NCBI GenBank assembly: GCA_019828565.1
Contig: JAHDYR010000067.1
Location: 807,094-871,093 of the forward strand
Length of the DNA stretch: 64,000 nucleotides
Direction: 5' to 3'
Source of the DNA: Carpediemonas membranifera BICM
Lineage: Eukaryota > Protista > Fornicata
The position numbers and the translations under genes are program-made. Shown piece by piece: positions 33,831-42,700 of the stretch (within the stretch, counting starts at the first letter, position 1; each line of letters starts with the position of its first letter). The notes under the pieces were generated by a model. That model did not search any database and had not been told where the DNA came from. It saw nothing but the letters and a program-made list of their open reading frames with translations.

Positions 33831-35023
33831 GATCGATGTGCGACTGAACGGAGAGCCACTGAGCTCATCTTCCGTGGCAAGAGAACGCCACAGGATGTTC
33901 TCTGCAGCACTCTTGTCCCGATGATCAACATTCAGAGCATCAGGAACTGTTGCGCGCCACTGAGCACCACGGCACTGTGGATTTTCGCAGAGCATCACAC
34001 GATGTGGGTGAACGTGCTGGTCATCACGCGGACGAACTCGCTTGTAGGGGGCGTGGCAGTGAGGGCAGACGACGGTGGTGCGGTCCTCGTTAACCATGTT
34101 AAGATCGACGACAATGATTAATTATACCTCTTGAGAAGGGGTACTATCTCTCTCGCGAACTTTCGATATGGCGCGCAAGGAATGAACATACCAGCAGGCG
34201 TGGTGAATCCCGAGCTCCCGTAGAAGACTTTCAGGCGAATGGGGGTGGCGATGGGATGGTGGCGACCGAACTCCCGAGCCAACTGTTGGCCGCAGCGGGC
34301 GAAGTGCTTCTGGCGAAGGATGTGGTTCGCAAAGCGCACTCGGCGGAAAGACTTACGCATTCCAGCCTCGAAAATGTCGTTCGCGTTGTCCAGCACAAAC
34401 CTAATAGAGTTGTTGATACTCACTAGTCTTGTGCTCTTGAACGACGCGGCCGTCATATCAAAGCCGAAACTTGGCGTCTTAGTGTATCCGCACTTTGGGA
34501 GGACGCCGGAGCTGGTGGTGCCATCGGGGTGCCTGATGTAATACCCTCCGATGGACCTCGCGCCCGGGTCGAACCCCATGAGGTGGGCATCAGGATCCGG
34601 CGCGGGCGGAGCCTCGGCATTATTGGTCCCGAGTCGGGGGCGCTCTTTCTCCCGCCCTCTCGCTCGCTTTCGAACAGGCATGCTCGCATCATGTTGTGGC
34701 CGATAGCGGCCGAAGCCTCTCTTAATAGTCACCGCCACACAGACCCCATCGGTGCTCAGGCTGAGCAGACGGCCCATTGACCTGGGGTTGTCCCGGTAGC
34801 GTCTTTTCTGCTCTTCTGTCAACGGTTTGGTGGCGTGTGGGAGTGTGGGATTAATTCCCACACGATGACAGAAGTTCTCGTCCAGTAGGCCCATCGTTTC
34901 ACTGTAGGCCATGAAGCCCGGTCGGACGGGGGCCATGGGCACGATCGGCACGAGGCGAGGCTGGCGGAGCGACATCGAGTACTCCCCGTTGAAGTGGCTG
35001 ATGAGGCCACTCAACGTCTCCAC
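33762..35023 (-). CDS. Fanzor1 (TnpB-derived RuvC nuclease), split by a 1-nt frameshift near 34118; N-terminus short or unclear
   Basis: PIVP..PGF, STDGV, RuvC-I GFDPG (D at 34570), RR.RF...RQK bridge region, YG, RuvC-II VNEDRTT (E at 34088), Zn finger CPHC..CENPQC, RuvC-III HRDKSAAENI (D at 33917). Confidence 0.9.
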
Positions 35024-35240
35024 TCCGTCTGTCCGTCATAGATGAAGATGACATATATGAGCCGACGATGAACACCATTACCAGCATATACAAGTGTAGA
35101 AGTGAATTTAATGAGGAAAGACAAATGACAAATGAGACGACGTGTGAGCGATTGTGATGTTTGCAGCTGTGCTGACGTCCACGAAGAAGACGCTTTGTGG
35201 AAGCCCTGGAGAAGACGATCTCCCTACCGACTTAAGACGT

Positions 35241-35262
35241 GAGTAGGAGGGAGACAGGGCAG
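35241..35262 (+). other. Polypurine tract abutting the right terminal repeat
   Basis: GAGTAGGAGGGAGACAGGGCAG|TG; same GGGCAG|TG junction as the Gypsy B PPT. Confidence 0.7.
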
Positions 35263-35304
35263 TGTTGCGCAGTATAAACACATTGTTCGACCTTCAATAG
35301 CACA
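35263..35304 (+). repeat. Right terminal direct repeat (42 bp)
   Basis: TGTTGCGCAGTATAAACACATTGTTCGACCTTCAATAGCACA. Confidence 0.85.
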
Positions 35305-35381
35305 TCAGATCTGCCCTTATCCTGCACCTACAAAATCACGAAGACCGACATCAGCGTCGGTTGGCCATAATACTACAAAAA

Positions 35382-37004
35382 ATGGACACGATATCCGCTT
35401 CACTCGGTAATGTTTTTGATCTGGCGCTCAACTCGAGCTTCAACCTGCTTTCCTTGTACGGCCGTTGGATCGATCATTGGTGCTACTCTCCCTCTCTTAT
35501 TAACGACACCGTCTCTGATTTTGCCGCTACGATCGGTGTTAGTCCGTATGACGTCCGCATGTTCGCGTCTCTTTTGATTGCGTTCATCTTTGCGTTCTTC
35601 CACCAGCTGCTCCCGTGGAAGACGCCCACGATCCACCACATCTACAACCTTGTCGCTGGTGTGTTCCTGACCATCCTCGCATTTGGCCCCAAGGTTTTGA
35701 ACGTCTATATCATGATTACCACGGTCTACGTCCTCCTCCGTCTCAACCCCCGCCGTCTGGGTCTGTCACCGAGCTTCATGAGCTGGCTGATCTTCCTTCT
35801 CACCTTCGGATACCAGTCCTGGGAGCAGGCCCGGCGTATCTACCACCCCCACTCCATGGAAAACGTCCACTTCACCAGTATGCCCATGATTCTCGCCCTC
35901 CGTCTTTCATCCCTCGCCTTTGACGTAGCCAGAGGCTCTGAGATGACAGCCGAGGAGCTAAGTGAGAAGCCCAAGCCCATCGGCCCCTTTGGTCGTCTCA
36001 AGACTCCCCTCGCCCGTTGCCCCGAACTCCTCCAGTATCTGGGGTACAGCATGTTCTACGGTTCAGTAATTGTCGGCCCCTTCTTCACATTCACCGAGTA
36101 CTCCGAGGTCACTAGCGGCAGGGCGACCGAGGGCATGGCCAAGCCAGACCGTCGTCGCCTCAGGATCGAGTCAATCGTCTGGGGAGTCATTTATCTCGGG
36201 TGGAGCTGCGTGCTGATGTCATTCTGGGTGCTCTTCTCCTTCTTCCCGCCCGACCCGATGCTCCCCTACCATGCCCAACACGCGACATACCTTGCCACAC
36301 CCCTGCTCTGGCGAATCGTCCGCTACCACATCATCCCGATTGAACTCATCAAAGCCAAGTACTACGCTGTCTGGGGCCTCGCCCACGGCGCCTCAACGAT
36401 GAGCGGGCTGACGTACAGCGGGCGGCGGCACACCATGGCCAGGGTATGGTCCAAGTTCGAGTTCAGACAGGGGGCTAACTACACGTGGCTGATCACACAG
36501 TTCCCGCCCAACCTCGCCCTGATGACCACCCACTGGAACGCAGGCATCGGCTTCTTCCTCGCCTCGTACGTTTATAGCGGTGTCAGAAGAAACGAACTAA
36601 TCAGTCGTCGCCTGGGCAAGAATGTCAAGCTGGTCGCCACCATCGCCACCTTCGTCACGAGTGCCATCTGGCACGGCTGGGAGCCCGGCTACTACCTGTT
36701 CTTCCTCGCCGCGGGCTTCTTCACCAGCCTCGCCCGTCGTATAAGCGGAATCCTGCGCCCTTTCTTCGTGTCCAGAGGCCGTCTGGCCTATGTCTACCAT
36801 GTATTCACCACTCTCAGCACCATGGGCTTCATGTACCTCGAGATGCCGGTATTCTACTTCCTCAGCTGGGAGAGGTGCATGGGATACTTCCAGGCGGTCC
36901 ATTACCTTCCCTTCGTCATCCTTGGAGGCGGGTTCGCACTGTCGGCCGTCATCCCACCCCTGCCTGCCAGAAAGAACTGGGCAGAGGGCAAGAAGATGGA
37001 CTAG
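35382..37004 (+). CDS. MBOAT lysophospholipid acyltransferase
   Basis: Multi-TM; GPFF, KYY.VW.LA, WN, SAIWHG..PGYYL.F; KKxx ER-retrieval signal. Confidence 0.93.
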   Translation: MDTISASLGNVFDLALNSSFNLLSLYGRWIDHWCYSPSLINDTVSDFAATIGVSPYDVRMFASLLIAFIFAFFHQLLPWKTPTIHHIYNLVAGVFLTILAFGPKVLNVYIMITTVYVLLRLNPRRLGLSPSFMSWLIFLLTFGYQSWEQARRIYHPHSMENVHFTSMPMILALRLSSLAFDVARGSEMTAEELSEKPKPIGPFGRLKTPLARCPELLQYLGYSMFYGSVIVGPFFTFTEYSEVTSGRATEGMAKPDRRRLRIESIVWGVIYLGWSCVLMSFWVLFSFFPPDPMLPYHAQHATYLATPLLWRIVRYHIIPIELIKAKYYAVWGLAHGASTMSGLTYSGRRHTMARVWSKFEFRQGANYTWLITQFPPNLALMTTHWNAGIGFFLASYVYSGVRRNELISRRLGKNVKLVATIATFVTSAIWHGWEPGYYLFFLAAGFFTSLARRISGILRPFFVSRGRLAYVYHVFTTLSTMGFMYLEMPVFYFLSWERCMGYFQAVHYLPFVILGGGFALSAVIPPLPARKNWAEGKKMD

Positions 37005-37247
37005 ACATCGATTATAAAGATTAAAACCGGAGGCACAGCAAGTTCACTCGTTTAATTCAACCAACTTTGACTCTATCACCGGTGTGAATGCCCCCGGTCG
37101 AAGCGCATCGCCATTGGACGACTCGCAGTCCCGCTTTTGGTCCTGAATCGACACTATATCTCTCTATATCTCAATGCACTGACCGTAAAATGCAGGTTAA
37201 GGTTCAGACTCACGCGCGCAAATTGTCAAGTGGCCAATTCTCCAACT

Positions 37248-39153
37248 ATGGCCGATCTGACTGAACCAAGATCGTATGATCGCTCCTTCTTCACTGAGTA
37301 TGCGCTTGCTGACTTCATACAAAGTGAACTGGAACTGAAGTACAGCTCGGCAGAGATGCCCGTCAAGCTCATTCGCCCAGGCGGCCCAAGGTTTGTCTCA
37401 TTGTCAAATATCATACAGGAAGACCAAAGAAGGCGCCAAGAGACACCGTCTACGCTGTTCTCTCGTTGGATGCCTCTTCAGCGGCTACTTTGACGAGCGC
37501 ACGGACGGTACGTACATGCTTCGCGTCGTCCACCCTCACGACCACTCCAACATCACTGCCCCCGCCATCCCCAAGCGGCGCCGCATGTCCCGGGCTGCTC
37601 ACATCGTCACTGTCGACCAGGTGAAAAAGAGCGGCGAGGACGTGGCCCAGACCCGGAACTCCAGTGACGTGGCGCGGGCTGACATCTACCACATCCCGAC
37701 TGGCCGCACTTTTAAGCACCTTGTGAGTAAGTACGTCAAGGAGGAGATCCAACCGAAGACTGCACCCGACCACACCTTCATCCCCCTCCTTCCACGACTC
37801 ACCGCCTCCCCTGATGACTCCCTCACTGGCATGAAGATCCGTATCCCCATCCTCGCGTCGATCATGCACTCGGCGGACGATCCCACCCTTGGCTTCCTCT
37901 GTAAGAAGATGCTCGAGGCCAAGAATCGGCTGGACCAGTGCCAGTGGAACGTAGAGGGCCTGTTCATCGCACAGTGTGACGGCAAGCTCTGGCTCCGGGG
38001 CAACAACACCACTGGGCAGACCGGCAGCGGCAGCACTGCCGTCTGGCAGGTTGGGTTCCAACGCATACACATCCCCCGGGTCGAAAGCATCGTCGTCTCG
38101 GCCGGCTCCGTCTTTGTAGACACATGCCGCGGCGTCTATGCCTGGGGCAACAACGCCCACGGCAAGCTCGGCGTCAACTCGACCGACCCGACGATCTTCA
38201 CCCCGAGGAAGGTCGACCTGCCCTCGCGGTGCGACGTCACCGTGCTCTCATCCCAGCACAGCACCCTCTTCTCCGCCCCGGGCAACGGCATCTTCATTGC
38301 CGGCCTGGCCGCCCCCATCCAGCACCGGGACGACGTGCCTGTCTCCTTCATCCGCCCGACGTACATCCCCGGAACCGCCACAGCCTTCAAGATGTGGACG
38401 GACAGCGAGAGCACCGCCATTTTCCAGACCCCGCAAGCACTCATGGCGTACGGCCACATCGACGGCGGCCGGCTCGGCATCAGCCCCGACACAACCGAGA
38501 CGCACACCATGGGCACCATCAGCGTGGTCTCGGCGCCCATCCCAGTCCCGGACGGCATGACCGTCGAGACGGTGGTGATGACGCCCGACAACGTCTTCAT
38601 CCTCACCGACCAGTGCCGGTGCCTCGTCAGCGGCACCAACAAGCACGGCCAGCTCGGCCTCCAGCACGCACGCCCCATCAACACGCCTGAGCTCCTCCCC
38701 TTCAACGTCGAGAGCGTCGTGTCTTCCGAGGAGGCGTCGATCTTCATCTCGAGCGGCAAGACCATGGTCGTCGGCGATAACACCTACCACCAGCTCCCCA
38801 TCGCCGTCCAGAGCACCCTTGTTCCCACAGAGGTCCAGCTCCCCTCGGGCGCCCCGTTCAGAGTGTTCCTCGCCAAGCGCGCCATGTTTTTGCACCGTAA
38901 CGACGGCCGCTGGGTTGTCCGCGGTGATAACGCCCGGGGTAGGCTGGGGATCCACACCAACGACCTCGTCGCCACCGAGTGGTGCGAGATCTCGATGTTC
39001 AACGTCCATGAGATCTTGGCCGATGGGGATGACCACATTTTCGTGGCCAACGACGCACTTTACCGCATTGACGGTAATATCATGACCCCAGTGACGGAAT
39101 CTTCCTCTTTCGACATGATTCCGGCAATCTTGCAGGTCGACCCAGTGTTTTAA
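37248..39153 (+). CDS. RCC1/BLIP-II-like repeat protein with N-terminal WRKY/FAR1-like Zn finger (intron 37391-37418)
   Basis: Repeats G.N..GQ/K/RLG (WGNNAHGKLG, GTNKHGQLG, GDNARGRLG); C-x4-C...HDH finger. A 28-nt GTTTGT..CAG intron restores frame. Confidence 0.8.
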
Positions 39154-39782
39154 ACAAATTATAGTCTCGGTTTGGAACCCAGGAAGCTGACTCGTGTTGA
39201 GATCGTCAGACAACGGTAGACCCCCGCCGTGCCCTTCAGTCAACCCTCGTGTGTGAAACAAGCATCGATGATCTCCGAGTACGCCAACTGGGATGTCGCG
39301 TTCATGGCGGTCGGGTGCTCCGTGGGGCATGACGAATTCTTGGTATTCCCGGGACTGAGCGCCGGGTTTCTGCTTGGCCATTGAGCGCGAGCACCTCGTG
39401 CTTGCACAAAATCTGTTTATGTGAATTATTGAGTGGATTATAGGTGGTCGGGCGAACTTTTTAAAGCAGCCGATTCCCGAGTGATAATGGAAGGAGTTTT
39501 TTGCGCAGTTTTGAGTCACAACTCTGATGTATCGACGCGTTCCAGTGCCCGTGAGAGGTGTTGGAGGCATTGTTCAATTGCTGCTTCATTGGCGAAGCAA
39601 AGAAATGTTCCAAGTTTTGCGATTGTTTCACCATAATCTTGGTCTAACATGTCAGCAGAGTGTGTCGGTAGAGTGCGAGCGGAGCCTGGGAAGCCCATGA
39701 TACGAGCAATGTCTCTGACGAATCGACCTTCCCTTGTGAACATTTCGACTCAAGATGGAGTCGAAACAACATTCCTCAGAAA

Positions 39783-42700
39783 ATGGGCACAGCAGCGCCG
39801 TCGCAAGCATCGACGTCTGCTAGTCGCCATATTGGGTGGCTTGCGCCTCTCCATCTTGGTTCTGTGGGATACAAGTCCACGTACGCTTTAGCGTCCATTC
39901 GTTTGAGCGCTCCTCCCTTTCCCATCATCTCCATCATAACTATGCTCGTCCAAGCACTTCAGTTGTCAGCGCTGTGCATGAGCTATAGCGATTCGCTGTT
40001 TTTCAAGGTACCTCGGTTGTTCCTTCCTTCAACGACAAGCCTTTTCGATGATACGAACGCAACATCTTCTCAGATCATCCTTGTTGGCGTGATGGTGTAC
40101 ATCGCTGTCCTCGTGGGGTGGGTCTTCCTCGAAACCGTGGTCGCACGCTCCATCCACATCTCGTTCCGCTACAGGATTCTCTCGACACTCATCATGCTCA
40201 CCACTGGCGTCCTCCTCCTGCCTCTCGTCGAGACCCTCGCCATGCCATTCATCATGACAGACAGCACTGGCAGCGATATGTCCGGCCTGGTCCAAGCGGT
40301 GACGCCCCTCTCGATCAGCCACCTCATATACATGGCTACGGCCCTCGCCGCCTTCATCGTGCTCACCGGCCTTGCTGTGTTGTCCAAGCTGATCATGTTC
40401 TCGGGCCCGTACAGCGACTCGTCGACGCTCTCCATCAACATCCCCTCACTCATCGTCCCAGCCCAGCCCGTGCTCCTCATGACCGTGGGGCTGCTGGGCG
40501 CCTCGAGGACATTCGGGCTCGACTCAGTCCACCCTATTCTCTCGGCCCTCTTCATCTGCTCCATCGCGATCGTCTACTCGGTGATCGTCAGCGTCTTCCC
40601 CACCCACGCCAACGCCATCCCATGGGCCATCGGGGTCTACACCTTCGTGGCCGTCATCCCGGTCTCACTCATGTCTGCCCTGCACCCGACCATGTTCTGG
40701 GTCGCCCCCGTCGTCTCGGTCCCCCTCACACTCGCCGTGGTCGTCGGAAGGCTCTTCGTTCTCTACACCCGCATCACGCCCTCCCTTATCAGGGTCAAGG
40801 ACGTCTCCAACGGCATGAGCAACGTCAGGAACGACTCCGAGGATGAAGTGTCGCTGCCCCGCTTCATCACACTCTCCGACTTCTCTCTCTGGCTCTGGTT
40901 CACGGTCGCCGTCCACAAGCTGTTCGACGCGCAGATCAGACGCACCGCAGACCGCAGGGAGATGCTTTCCACAGCTACCATCGACGACAAGACCTCCGCA
41001 AGACGCCGCGAGCTCATCGGTCGTCTGCAGACGCTTGTGTCATACGCCTGCGCCGAGGCCTTCACCAACGGCCGGTCCCGACTCACCATCGTCCAGTACG
41101 CCCTCACAGTCTCGGCTAACTACGAGGCGGCCATCTTCGAAGCGACGCGCCTCCCTACAATGGTCGAGCGAGACATCCTCAAGGGCCTCAGCCCCATCAC
41201 GGTGGTCATGCTCATCGGGCTCCACACAGACGCTGACCGGATCAGACGCAAGCAAGACAGTGGCCTCAACGCAGAGGCCCTGGCTGAGCTGAACGCCAAG
41301 CAGAAAAAGGCCAAGGAGGAGGCCATCAACGCACGCCGCGCCATCAACTCCTTCTGGCGTGCCCTTGCGATCCCTAAGCCCGACGTCAACGAGCTGCTCG
41401 CCATCTCCCAGGAGATCCACAAGCACAGCACCACTGCGGACAAGCTCTACATCCAACTCATCAAGGCCTTCCCCGAGCGAGATAACATCATCCACGCCTA
41501 CGCGGACTTCGTCGCCGTCGTCCAGCAGGACCCCGAGTACGGCGCCCAGATCCAAGCTGCGGCCGACGAGATCGCCAACAACCGCATGATGAGCGACAGC
41601 AGCTCGGCCTCGTCGTCGCGGTCGGGCTCAGTCTCCAGCGGGACGTCGAGGGCGGTGGAGAACGACATCCTCACCATCCTCCGCACCAAGCGGATCCGCA
41701 CGACGTCCAACTCCGTCTCCCGGCTCCGGTCCGCGGTCCTCGTCCTCCTATGCGTCATCACGGCCATCTTTGTGATCGTGGGGGGCGTGTTCCAGGTCAG
41801 GATGTTCGTCATGTCCGCCCTTATCGACGCACTCACCGCCTCGGGCAACATGGACTTCAACAGCGCCGAGGCGACCTATCTTGCCCTGCTGGCTGACTGC
41901 GAGGACAGCTACCCCGGCTCCTTCACCTTCGGCGACATGAACACAGTCGAGCTGATTCATGCCCGCCTGACCTCCTCCCTGGATGACCTCATCTCCTCCA
42001 CCGAGGACCTCGACGCGTCCGTGTCTGACATCATCACGGCCACGCTCTTCCCCAGCATCTTCAGCAGTGCCCGCGAGCCGAGCTTCATTGCCCGTCACTA
42101 CAGGGCGACCAACCCAGCCACCACGGAGTCTGTGTACACGTCCATCATCGACATGGCGTCGTCGCTCGAGGTGTCGTTCAAGAGAGTGCTCAAGGACAAC
42201 ACGCTCAGCACGGACATCGACTTCGTCAGCACTAACGGCCTCGAGAGCCTGAGGAACGGCATCAACATCCTCCAGGCAGACATACTCGAGTCGACTGACC
42301 TTGCCCAGTACGTCGGGCTGGGTATCGACGCCGTTGCACTGGCCGTGGTCGTACTCGTCCTCCTCGGGCTGCAGTTCTTCCTGCTCCGCCGCGCGTTCAA
42401 CACGGTTACCCTGCACCAGGCTGAGAACATCAACGTCTTCCTCCATATTGACAGGGACGTCGTAGACGAGATGGTGACTGCCACAAACGTCGCAAAGAGA
42501 GACCGGAAACGCAAGACCAAGAAGACTGCCAAGCGCGCCATCCACTTCGACGTCGCCAACGAACCCGAGGACGACGAGCACTCCCACATCACAGACGCCC
42601 GGGACCTCGCCCGCATGGACGTCGGACATAGTGTCAGTCAGGTGTCCATCGAGAACGACGACACCGACAACGAAGACGCAGGATCAGAGTTCGAAAACAC

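Larger units (their letters stand above)
33682..35304 (+). mobile_element. Non-autonomous mini-LTR-like element carrying an antisense Fanzor1
   Basis: TG..CA direct repeats at 33682-33721 and 35263-35304 (first 22 bp identical); PPT 35241-35262; TSD TCAGA at 33677-33681 and 35305-35309. Confidence 0.78.

Noticed and set aside
33682-35304. CRISPR array or Cas12 locus
   Set aside because: Only two repeats 1.6 kb apart, no spacers or cas genes, and a eukaryotic context.
33675-35310. 8-bp TSD (CATCAGAT) implying a hAT-like DNA transposon
   Set aside because: No TIRs are present; the T at 33682 belongs to the direct repeat and CA fits the terminal dinucleotide. The 5-bp TSD is preferred but not proven.
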